64,000 nt of DNA from Myxococcales bacterium (lineage in GTDB: Bacteria > Myxococcota_A > Polyangia > Nannocystales > Nannocystaceae): the NCBI GenBank assembly GCA_020633315.1, contig JACKDV010000004.1:320071-384070 (forward strand), given 5' to 3'. Shown piece by piece: positions 56,212 to 64,000 of this stretch. The notes beneath the pieces are model-generated. The model saw only the letters and a list, made by a program, of their open reading frames with translations, did not search any database and was not told the DNA's origin. The first letter of the stretch is position 1; each line of letters opens with the position of its first letter. A program made the translations under genes and the position numbers.

Positions 56212-58176
56212 ATGGCAGAGCCCAACGAGTTCGTGTTCAACGGCGTCGATGGCTCGACCGGCGGTCCCCTCACCCGGCCCATGACCCCCGAGGAGGTCGC
56301 GGCCCTGGCCCTGGGCAAGGGTCGCGACGAGATCGACGACGACGCGACCGAGCACCACGAGAACGTCGAGAACTACCTGCCCCGCGCCGACGTGGACCCG
56401 CAGGATCTGGCGCAGGCGGGCTGGGGCATGATCTTCGCCCACGGGGCCGACCCCAAGATCCGCGAGGCCCTGCAGCCGCTGCTCGACTACCGTCGCGAGC
56501 AGGCGAGCCGGATCGACGAGCGCCGCTTCCGGCTCGTCGACGAGACCATGGGCTACCGCCCCGACGAGGGCAAGAAGAAGCTCCTGCGGCGCCTCAAGGC
56601 GCCCACCTCCGGCCCGGTCGAGCCCGATCGGCTGCCCTACTACCTGCTGCTGGTGGCGAGCCCGGCCGAGATCCCCACCGAGCTGCAGGCCCAGCTCGCG
56701 CTCCAGTACGCGGTGGGCCGCCTGTGCTTCCAGACCCCCGACGGCAAGACCGACTACGACGCCTACGACAGCTACGCCCGCAGCGTGATCGCCAGCGACC
56801 GGGGCGAGGTGGCGGTGGCGCGACGCTTCGGCCTGTTCGGGGTCAAGCACGATCGCGCCACCACCCTCAGCGCCGAGGGGCTGGTCGCCAACGTCCACCG
56901 CTACCTGGGCGAGCACTTCCCCGACTGGACCGTGGACCAGCGGCTGGAGGCGGAGGCGACCAAGGCCCAGCTCGGCACGATGCTCGGGGGCGACCAGACC
57001 CCGGCCGTGCTGTTCACGGCCAGCCACGGCATGGGCTTCCCCATGGGCGACTCCCGCCAGCTCGCGCACCAGGGCGCGCTGCTGTGCCAGGACTGGGACA
57101 AGAAGCCGGGGCGGGTGAGCGAGAGCTCGTACTTCGCCGGTGACGACGTGTCGGCCTCGGCCAAGCTCGCCGGCCTCATCGCGTTCTTCTTCGCCTGCTA
57201 CGGCGGCGGCACGCCGCAGCTCGACGCGTTCTTCCACCGCGCCGGCAAGGCCAGCGCGATCGCTCCGCGCCCCTTCTTCGCCCAGCTCCCCACCCGCCTG
57301 CTCGGCCACCCCCAGGGCGGCGCGCTCGCGGTGGTGGGGCACATCGAGCGGGCCTGGGGCTGCTCGTTCTTCGACGCCAAGTCCGGCTACCAGACCGCGG
57401 TGTTCGAGAGCTTCCTCTACGAGCTGCTCAGCGGCAAGCGCATCGGCAACGCCATGGAGCGCTTCGGCCAGCGCTACGGCGAGCTGTCGGCCGGGCTCGT
57501 CGACAAGCTCGAGGATCTCAAGTACGGCAGCAAGGAGGTCTCCGAGACCGAGGTCGCCAACGACTGGACCGAGAACAACGACGCGCGCAACTACCTGCTG
57601 CTGGGCGATCCCGCGGTCCGTGTGCCCGTGGTCGACGACGCCGAGGTGGCCCCGCGCCCCACCATCGAGGCCCGCAGCACCCCCGTGACCCAGTCGTCCT
57701 CGGGCGTGGCCCAGGCGCCCCCCGAGGGAGCCGGCGACGGCGTGAGCTACGGGTGGTTCTCCCGCGACAAGGACGAGGGGGCCGAGGCCGTCGCCGCCGA
57801 GGAGGGCGCCCCCCCGGAGGCCGCCGCCTCGGGCGGCGCGCTGGATTCCCTGCGGGGCTTCGTCGCCAAGCTCGGCGAGCGGATCTCCAGCGCCCTCGAC
57901 GACATGGCCCACCTCGAGATCAAGACCTACGTGACCAGCGAGATGGACCGCATCCAGGTGCGGGGCGACGACGTGGAGGGCGCCCAGCTGCGCGCCTACA
58001 CCCGCATCGCCCTCGACGGCGACATGGTGGTGTGCCTGCCCGAGCGCGACGGAGAGATCGACCGGGCCATCCTCGAGATCCACCAGCGCATGGTCCAGCA
58101 GGCGCAGACCACCCGCACCGAGCTGATGAAGACCATCGTGCAGGCCGCGGCCAGCCTGATGGGGCCCACCAAGTGA
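56212..58176 (+). CDS. Caspase/gingipain-like (clan CD, C25-like) cysteine peptidase homologue with N- and C-terminal extensions, 654 aa
   Basis: His-Gly after a hydrophobic strand (AVLFTASHGMG). About 60 aa later, Ala-Cys after a hydrophobic strand (LIAFFFACYGGG). A downstream YLLLGDPA motif. This is the His...Cys dyad arrangement of clan CD peptidases. Assignment is by motif only. Confidence 0.45.
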   Translation: MAEPNEFVFNGVDGSTGGPLTRPMTPEEVAALALGKGRDEIDDDATEHHENVENYLPRADVDPQDLAQAGWGMIFAHGADPKIREALQPLLDYRREQASRIDERRFRLVDETMGYRPDEGKKKLLRRLKAPTSGPVEPDRLPYYLLLVASPAEIPTELQAQLALQYAVGRLCFQTPDGKTDYDAYDSYARSVIASDRGEVAVARRFGLFGVKHDRATTLSAEGLVANVHRYLGEHFPDWTVDQRLEAEATKAQLGTMLGGDQTPAVLFTASHGMGFPMGDSRQLAHQGALLCQDWDKKPGRVSESSYFAGDDVSASAKLAGLIAFFFACYGGGTPQLDAFFHRAGKASAIAPRPFFAQLPTRLLGHPQGGALAVVGHIERAWGCSFFDAKSGYQTAVFESFLYELLSGKRIGNAMERFGQRYGELSAGLVDKLEDLKYGSKEVSETEVANDWTENNDARNYLLLGDPAVRVPVVDDAEVAPRPTIEARSTPVTQSSSGVAQAPPEGAGDGVSYGWFSRDKDEGAEAVAAEEGAPPEAAASGGALDSLRGFVAKLGERISSALDDMAHLEIKTYVTSEMDRIQVRGDDVEGAQLRAYTRIALDGDMVVCLPERDGEIDRAILEIHQRMVQQAQTTRTELMKTIVQAAASLMGPTK

Positions 58177-58769
58177 GCGCCCACGCCACCGCGCTCGCCG
58201 AGCTCGACCAGCACCTCGACGCCCGCCTCGACTCGCTGCGGCGTCGCGCCGAGGCCGGAGACGCGCTGTCCTTCGCCGCCCCGGGGACCGCCGAGGACGA
58301 CGAGCTGTGGGAGCTGGTGCGGATCGCCAACGGCGACGACACCGAGTCGCTGAGCTTTGCCGCGGGCGAGGAGGGCCGGCTGGCCCGCGCCCGACGGGAG
58401 CTGCAGGAGCTGCTCGAGCGGGCCGTGGACTCGGTCACCCAGCTCGCCGTCACCGACTCCCGCGCCGGGAGCTCGCGCGCCCACACCCGCGTGGGCTGGA
58501 CCGGGACCATCACCACCCACGTCGACGGCGGGGCCCCGGCCGCCCTGCTGCGGGCCCACGCGGCCGCGGTGGAGGGCGCGGTGTCCCGGAGCCTGCTGCG
58601 CCTGGAGCTGCTCACCCGCATCGCCGTCGCGGCGGGACGGATCGCCCGGCTGCTCACCAACCCGGGCTCGGCCGTGATGGCGCTGCCCATCGCCTACCGC
58701 TGCGTGCGCGACCTCTACGATCGGCTCCGGGGCGACGCCACCCCCGACGACGGCTCGCCCTGGCCGTAG
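58173..58769 (+). CDS. Hypothetical Ala/Arg-rich protein, about 198 aa, translationally coupled to the upstream peptidase-like gene
   Basis: GTG start overlapping the upstream TGA (GTGA). Coherent helical composition. Confidence 0.4.
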   Translation: MSAHATALAELDQHLDARLDSLRRRAEAGDALSFAAPGTAEDDELWELVRIANGDDTESLSFAAGEEGRLARARRELQELLERAVDSVTQLAVTDSRAGSSRAHTRVGWTGTITTHVDGGAPAALLRAHAAAVEGAVSRSLLRLELLTRIAVAAGRIARLLTNPGSAVMALPIAYRCVRDLYDRLRGDATPDDGSPWP

Positions 58770-58782
58770 CCGTCGGTGTGGC

Positions 58783-59442
58783 TCAGCCCGGCGCGGATGC
58801 GATCACGTGCAGCTCGATGCGACGGTTGACCAGGTTGGCCTCGCGATCGCGAGGGGGCACCAGCGGCCGCTCGCCCTCGAAGCCCACCGACTGCAGCCGC
58901 GTCCGCTCCACGCCGCGCTCGACGAGCTCATGGAGCACCGCGTCCGCGCGACGCTGGGTGATCTTGCGGGCATACTGCCCGTCGCGCGGGGTGGCGTTCT
59001 TGTGCCCCTCGATGCGCAGCTCCAGCGAGGGGTAGCGCAGCAGCAGCTCCGCGAGCTGGTCGATCATGGGCAGGCTCGCCGGCTTGACGTCCTCGTGATC
59101 GGGCGGGAACTCGATGCGCGGGGTGAGGATGCGGCTGCGATCGGCGAGCAGGCACGGCGCCGACGGTCGATGCCGCTCGTCGATGCCCTCGGCGCACAGA
59201 TCCTCGGGGCGGATCACCAGCTCGGCCGGGGTGGCCGGCGCCTCGGGCTCCGAGGCCTCGGGCTCCGGCGCCTCGGGCTCCCGCTCGGCTGTCTCCGCCT
59301 CCGTCGGAGTCTCCACGACGGACGACGGAGCCTCGACCGGCGTCGTCGAGGTGGGGGAGCCCTCGCCCCTGAGGCAGCCCCCCGTGCTCGCGAGGAGCAC
59401 CACGAGCCCCACAAGACCCGCGCGACGACGAGAGCCGATCAT
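58783..59442 (-). CDS. OmpA-family peptidoglycan-binding lipoprotein, 219 aa
   Basis: Lipobox LASTGGC. An acidic Pro/Glu linker. OmpA C-terminal motifs (LRIEGHKNAT..YARKITQRRADAV..NRRIELHV). Confidence 0.75.
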   Translation of the reverse strand: MIGSRRRAGLVGLVVLLASTGGCLRGEGSPTSTTPVEAPSSVVETPTEAETAEREPEAPEPEASEPEAPATPAELVIRPEDLCAEGIDERHRPSAPCLLADRSRILTPRIEFPPDHEDVKPASLPMIDQLAELLLRYPSLELRIEGHKNATPRDGQYARKITQRRADAVLHELVERGVERTRLQSVGFEGERPLVPPRDREANLVNRRIELHVIASAPG

Positions 59443-59727
59443 CGTCGTCGATCATAGCGCGAGCACGGAGCGCGACCGCTCCTCGAGCGCCATGGAGCCC
59501 CACGGCCGATGCAGAGACCATACGGCGCCCGAGCTCCGCGCTCCGCCGACGTACGAGCCCCGGGTGCCCGGCCGACCCGCGCGCCCGGGGAGCGTCTTCG
59601 AAGGTCGCGTCGGGTGAGCCGTCCCTCCTGCCCCGGGGGACTCGTCGACGAACGGTCGCCGATCGGTGACCCCGGCGTGACGCCGACATGGCCCACTCCC
59701 CCTCGTGCCGATCGATCGTGGTCCCGC

Positions 59728-60603
59728 ATGAGCGCACGACCCCCCTGGCTCGCCCGACTCGCGCAGCAGGAAGACCTCAACTTCCTGCTCACCAACCGGA
59801 TCCCACGGCGCCAGCTCACGCTGTTGATGGGATGGTTCAGCCGGCTCGAGCACCCCTGGGTCCGCGATCTCTCGCTGTGGGCGTGGCGTCGCCTCGCCCC
59901 GGACCTCGACCTCTCCGACGCCCGCAAGTCCCGCTTCCGTAGCCTGCACGACTGCTTCACCCGCGAGCTCCGCCCGGGAGCGCGGCCGATCGACCTCGAT
60001 CCCGAGGTGATCGTCTCTCCCTGCGATGGCCTCGTCGGAGCCCACGGGCGGGTCGAAGGCACTCGCCTCTACCAGGTCAAGGGCTTCCCATACTCGCTGG
60101 ACGATCTTCTGCCCGACCCCGAGCTCGTCGCGCACCATGCCGACGGCTGGTACGTCACGCTCCGGCTGCGCTCGACCTTCTACCATCGCTTCCACGCCCC
60201 AGTGGCCGGGAGGGTGCGGGAGGTCCAGTACGTCTCGGGCGACACCTGGAACGTCAACCCCATCGCCCTGCGACGAGTGGAGCGGCTGTTCTGCAAGAAC
60301 GAGCGCGCGGTGATCCCCATCGAGCCCGCGCGCCCGGGCGTTCGGCTCACGCTGGTCCCGGTGGCTGCGATCTGCGTGGCCAGCCTGCGCCTGCACTTCC
60401 TCGCGCGCACCCTGGATCTTCGTCATCGAGGTCCCAATCGCTTCGTTTGCGACGTGAGCGTGGCCAAGGGTGACGAGCTCGGCTACTTCCAGCACGGCTC
60501 CACCATCCTCGTGTTCGCGCGAGGAAACGTGGAATTCGCCCCGCAGATCCGCGAGGGCCAGCTCGTCCGCGTGGGCCAGCCCCTGTTTCGCCGACGACGG
60601 TAG
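59728..60603 (+). CDS. psd: Phosphatidylserine decarboxylase proenzyme-like protein
   Basis: A C-terminal FQHGSTIL motif (the GST self-cleavage site of pyruvoyl-dependent Psd). Overall Psd-like length. Confidence 0.65.
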   Translation: MSARPPWLARLAQQEDLNFLLTNRIPRRQLTLLMGWFSRLEHPWVRDLSLWAWRRLAPDLDLSDARKSRFRSLHDCFTRELRPGARPIDLDPEVIVSPCDGLVGAHGRVEGTRLYQVKGFPYSLDDLLPDPELVAHHADGWYVTLRLRSTFYHRFHAPVAGRVREVQYVSGDTWNVNPIALRRVERLFCKNERAVIPIEPARPGVRLTLVPVAAICVASLRLHFLARTLDLRHRGPNRFVCDVSVAKGDELGYFQHGSTILVFARGNVEFAPQIREGQLVRVGQPLFRRRR

Positions 60604-60747
60604 CGGGAGCCGCTGCGCTCCGTCGCCCGCGGCGACCCGGCAGTCACACGGGCGAGGCCATCGCGTCACTCGACCGTCCCGCCTCCGAATCTGCCGGTGG
60701 CCGGGCCCCCGCGACAGCTGCTATCAAGCAGCCGAGTCGACGCTCGC

Positions 60748-61263
60748 ATGGAGGACCCGGCCCGAAGGCATCGCTTGGTCGCCGCGATCCCGTCCATCCT
60801 CGTGCTCGCGGCCTTCATCGATCATGCGCTCTACCTCCATCCCGTCTTGGAGGTGAGCAAGTGGAAGGGCGGTGGGATGGGCGTCTACTGCACGACCTAC
60901 GAGAAGCGCATGGTCACCTGGGTGCGGATCGGCGGGCGCTCGTTCCTCGTCAAGTCGACACTCCATCCCCACTACAAGATCTACACCAGCTGGCACACTT
61001 TCGTGCCCTACGAGACCGACGAGCTGCTGCGAGACTACGCGCGACAGCAGCTCGCGCACGAGTACCTGCCCATCGAGGCGCCGGCCGGCGACCCCCTCCC
61101 TCGTCGTGCCCTGCGTCGCGAGGAGCTCGACCCCGGAGCCGATCCCACCCAGGCCACGCGGGCCGACGCGGTCCTCGTGCAGATCTGGCGCTACGAGTAC
61201 CGATCGCCCACCGAGGGGCAGTGGAGGCTCGCCAAGACCATCGAGGAGTCGCCCCGTGGGTGA
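60748..61263 (+). CDS. Hypothetical protein with an N-terminal TM helix, about 171 aa
   Basis: ORF with TM segment LVAAIPSILVLAAFIDHALY. Confidence 0.4.
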   Translation: MEDPARRHRLVAAIPSILVLAAFIDHALYLHPVLEVSKWKGGGMGVYCTTYEKRMVTWVRIGGRSFLVKSTLHPHYKIYTSWHTFVPYETDELLRDYARQQLAHEYLPIEAPAGDPLPRRALRREELDPGADPTQATRADAVLVQIWRYEYRSPTEGQWRLAKTIEESPRG

Positions 61264-62209
61264 GCGGGCCGAGGCGTGGGCATCCTCGGCGAAGGTCCAG
61301 CTCGGCCTGATGGCGGTGCTGCACGTCAACCTCGGGCTGTGGTCGCTGTTCATCGAGGCCGAGGGCGCTCGCCCCGAGATGACCCTGCGCAACCTCGTCT
61401 TCGTGCTGGGCGCTGCCTTCACCGCGTGGGTGCTCGTCCGCCACCACCGGCTGCTGCGCCGAGCCACCTGGGTCGCCTACCTCGCGTTCTCCTCGTTCTG
61501 CCTGCTGTCGACCCTGCCGTACTCGAGCAACCTCTACTTCTTGTGGGTGTTCATCGACGTCTTCATGGTCGCGCTGTTCTCCGCGGTGTCGAGCCCCCCA
61601 CGCCGGCAGCAGGTGATGGCCGGGGCCTTTCGCGGCCTCATCGTCACCATCTTCACCGTCGCCCTGCTGCAGAAGCTGATCACCCCGACCTTCATGGACG
61701 GCAGCTTCTACTACCAGGCGTTCTCCTCCGGCTTCTTCGGGTTCCAGCTCGGCCCCTTCGCCGAGCGCTGGCTGCTCCAGGAGGGCCTCGCAGAGCACGC
61801 GCTCAGGAGCGCGACCGAGGAGCTCGTGGCCATCGGCCCCCACGCGGCGGTGGGCGACACCGTGCCCGTCTCCATCCTCCAGTCCCCGTTCCTGCTGCAG
61901 GTGGCGCGCTCGATGGTGTGGTCTACGATCGTCGTGGAGGGCACCTGCTTGCTGCTGTTCGCCTTCAATCGCCGCGAGGAGCTCGAGCACCTCAACCACC
62001 TCGCCTTCCTCGCCTTCCTGGCGGGCACCTACTCGATCGTCCCCATCATCTATGACTGGGGCCTGACCTTCGCGATGCTGGGCCTGGCGACCGCGAGCCG
62101 CAGATGGAAGCCCTACTACCTCCTGGCCGCCCTCGCCCTCCTCGCCAACGCGCTCTTGTTCGCCGGGGCCACGGCCGAGCTGTTCCGACGCTACGAGAGC
62201 ATCCTGTGA
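61256..62209 (+). CDS. Polytopic integral membrane protein, about 317 aa (the start could instead be the ATG at 61310)
   Basis: Multiple hydrophobic helices. GTG start overlapping the upstream gene end. Confidence 0.45.
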   Translation: MGERAEAWASSAKVQLGLMAVLHVNLGLWSLFIEAEGARPEMTLRNLVFVLGAAFTAWVLVRHHRLLRRATWVAYLAFSSFCLLSTLPYSSNLYFLWVFIDVFMVALFSAVSSPPRRQQVMAGAFRGLIVTIFTVALLQKLITPTFMDGSFYYQAFSSGFFGFQLGPFAERWLLQEGLAEHALRSATEELVAIGPHAAVGDTVPVSILQSPFLLQVARSMVWSTIVVEGTCLLLFAFNRREELEHLNHLAFLAFLAGTYSIVPIIYDWGLTFAMLGLATASRRWKPYYLLAALALLANALLFAGATAELFRRYESIL

Positions 62210-62433
62210 TCTCGGCGTCACCCTCCTGCTGCGCACCGCCCCGAGTCGCTCGCGTGTTCCTTGGATGTCGCACGAGGTCGCGCAAGGTCTCCGTACTCGT
62301 GACCCGACGGTCACCCTAGGCTCCGACGAACCGTCTACAACCTCGGCGTACGGCGGTGTCGCCGTACCTCGGTGATCCAAGCCCTCATGCCATCGGATGA
62401 GGGATTCCGTCGGGTGATCGCAGAGGTGTCCAC

Positions 62434-63606
62434 ATGATGATCGCGATCGCGAGTGATGCCTGGGAGCCCCAGATCAACGGTGTCGTGCGCACGTGGCAGG
62501 CCATTCGAGCGGAGCTGCGGGCCCTCGGACACGAGGTAGCGGTGCTGAGCCCCTCGCGCTTCAGCACCGTGCCCGCCCCTCGCTACCCGGAGATCCGGAT
62601 CGCGCTGATGCCGGGGCGCAAGCTCCCCCGCATCATCGACGAGCTCCGGCCCGACGTCATCCACATCGCCACCGAGGGCCCCGTGGGACAGGCCACGTGG
62701 CGTCACTGTCGAAGGCACGGGATCCCGTTCACGACCAGCTTCCACACCCACTGGGCCCAGTACAACCGCCAGTACTTCGGGATCCCCGAGCGCTTCACCT
62801 GGCGCCTGCTCCAGGGCTTCCACGGCCACGCGGCCACCTGCCTCGTTCCCACCGAGCGCATCAAGCAGGAGCTGATCCGGCGGGGCCTCGACAACGCCGA
62901 GGTGATCTACCGCGGCGTGGACACCAGCATCCACTATCCGCTACGGGACGACGAGCCCGACCCCCTGGAGCACCTGCCCCGCCCGGTGCTGACCTACGTG
63001 GGTCGCATCGCGATGGAGAAGAACATCCACGCGTTCCTCGACCTCGATCTCCCGGGGACGAAGGTCGTGGTGGGGGACGGTCCCCTGCGCGAGTCCCTGG
63101 CCGCCCGCTACCCGCAGGTGTGGTGGGCAGGGTACAAGACCGGGCGCGAGCTCGGGCGCCACTACGCGGGCTCCGACGTGGTGGTGCTGCCCAGCCGCAC
63201 CGAGACCTTCGGCCTCGTGGCCCTGGAATCCGCGGCCTGCGGGACTCCGGTGGCCGCCTACCCCGTCGGCGGACCCGGTGACGTGGTGGTGGACGGCGTG
63301 ACGGGAGCCCTCGACGTCGACCTCCGCAAGGCCGTCGAGCGCGCGCTCGAGCTGCCACGCGAGCGATGCTCCGCGCACGCCCAGCAGTTCACGTGGCGGC
63401 GCTGCGCCGAGGTGCTCCTGCGTCACCTCCGGCCCGCCAACGTGCTCGAGCGCTCCCGGGTGCGCCGCGACGCGATGACCCGCGTCGTCGGCTTGGCCCA
63501 CAGCAGCATCGCGGTCACGAGCCTGGCGACCTACGGCGAGACGATCCGCCGCCGCGTCCTCCCGCCCCGCGACCACTACCTCGACGGCCACCTCGCGGCG
63601 GAGTGA
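62434..63606 (+). CDS. Glycosyltransferase family 4 (GT4, GT-B fold), 390 aa
   Basis: A C-terminal E-x7-E motif region (TETFGLVALESAACGTPVAAYPVGG). Typical GT4 layout. Confidence 0.8.
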   Translation: MMIAIASDAWEPQINGVVRTWQAIRAELRALGHEVAVLSPSRFSTVPAPRYPEIRIALMPGRKLPRIIDELRPDVIHIATEGPVGQATWRHCRRHGIPFTTSFHTHWAQYNRQYFGIPERFTWRLLQGFHGHAATCLVPTERIKQELIRRGLDNAEVIYRGVDTSIHYPLRDDEPDPLEHLPRPVLTYVGRIAMEKNIHAFLDLDLPGTKVVVGDGPLRESLAARYPQVWWAGYKTGRELGRHYAGSDVVVLPSRTETFGLVALESAACGTPVAAYPVGGPGDVVVDGVTGALDVDLRKAVERALELPRERCSAHAQQFTWRRCAEVLLRHLRPANVLERSRVRRDAMTRVVGLAHSSIAVTSLATYGETIRRRVLPPRDHYLDGHLAAE

Positions 63607-63667
63607 GCGACATCGCGTCCGCGGGCGTCCCCCGCCCTCGGCCGCTCCGTGACGGCACAGTGCGACC

Positions 63668-64000
63668 ATGTTCCCCGGCTGGACCAGCACCACCCTCTAC
63701 GTCCTCGCGATCATCGCGACCGTGCTCGCGGCGGCTCGCATCCTTCGCCGGCTGCAGCTCTCGCTGGCCAAGCACCCCTCGCTGCGCGGGCACGCCAAGC
63801 TGTCGCGTCGCATCGCGCGGATGCTCCCGTTCTTCGAGTACGGGCCCGACGAGATCTTCCGGGTCGACGGCGCGCCGCCCGAGGTCGAGGCCCAGCGGCG
63901 CGAGGCCTTCGAGCGGCTGGGCACGCAGCTCCGCGAGCGGGCCCCCGAGACCCTGGCGGCCAGCGCCGAGCTGCGGGGCCACATCTCCGACGTGGGGTTC
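63668..64000 (+). CDS. 5' part of a gene continuing beyond the window. It encodes a hypothetical protein with an N-terminal TM helix.
   Basis: ATG at about 63668 followed by an open frame to the window end (MFPGWTSTTLYVLAIIATVLAAARIL...). Confidence 0.35.
   Translation, partial: MFPGWTSTTLYVLAIIATVLAAARILRRLQLSLAKHPSLRGHAKLSRRIARMLPFFEYGPDEIFRVDGAPPEVEAQRREAFERLGTQLRERAPETLAASAELRGHISDVGF

Noticed and set aside
1-64000. tRNA or rRNA genes, transposases or IS elements, integrases, and prophage or integron signatures
   Set aside because: None was recognisable in lower-GC intergenic stretches or among the ORF translations. Spacer self-targeting and spacer matches could not be assessed without searches.

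Overview
The window is high-GC (about 70 %) bacterial DNA that looks myxobacterial or deltaproteobacterial. This is an inference from three eukaryotic-like Ser/Thr kinases, PEGA, TPR and WD40 domains, and many lipoproteins.

Positions 1-13.7 kb hold a CRISPR-Cas locus that I assign to type I-G (formerly I-U). It has a long array of about 54 units of a 36-bp repeat that runs off the left edge. Downstream are a cas4-cas1 fusion, cas2, a Csb1-like cas7, a Csb2-like cas5/cas6 fusion, a cas3 with a C-terminal HD domain, and an unusually short Cas8u2/Csx17-like gene.

The locus is atypical in several ways:
- The gene order is permuted relative to the reference I-G arrangement.
- The cas-proximal array end is degenerate, yet the repeat polarity (ATTGAAGC 3' end) argues that end is leader-proximal.
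- A solitary repeat remnant in the opposite orientation sits in an AT-rich, leader-like gap after cas2.
- A RavA-like ATPase gene fragment and AT-rich scar DNA follow the short cas8u2.

The rest of the window is a mix of accessory and housekeeping genes:
- a Ser/Thr kinase;
- two LTXXQ (Spy/CpxP-like) periplasmic proteins;
- BNR propeller proteins;
- a lower-GC radical-SAM / methyltransferase / OafA-type acyltransferase cluster;
- a MoaD/ThiS-like Gly-Gly protein translationally coupled to a BNR propeller protein;
- uppS-cdsA, a ybjN-like gene with pspA, and infA;
- a kinase-WD40 protein;
- an ECF sigma / anti-sigma / TPR-CHAT protease operon;
- a Ser/Thr kinase with PEGA domain coupled to a TPR membrane protein;
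- an ABC ATPase next to a caspase/gingipain-like (clan CD) peptidase with a coupled small ORF;
- psd, a GT4 glycosyltransferase, and several repeat-rich proteins.

No tRNA, rRNA or transposase genes were recognised. Many long ORFs on the opposite strand of real genes are GC-driven shadow ORFs and were rejected. Coordinates derived from manual counting may be off by 1-2 bp.
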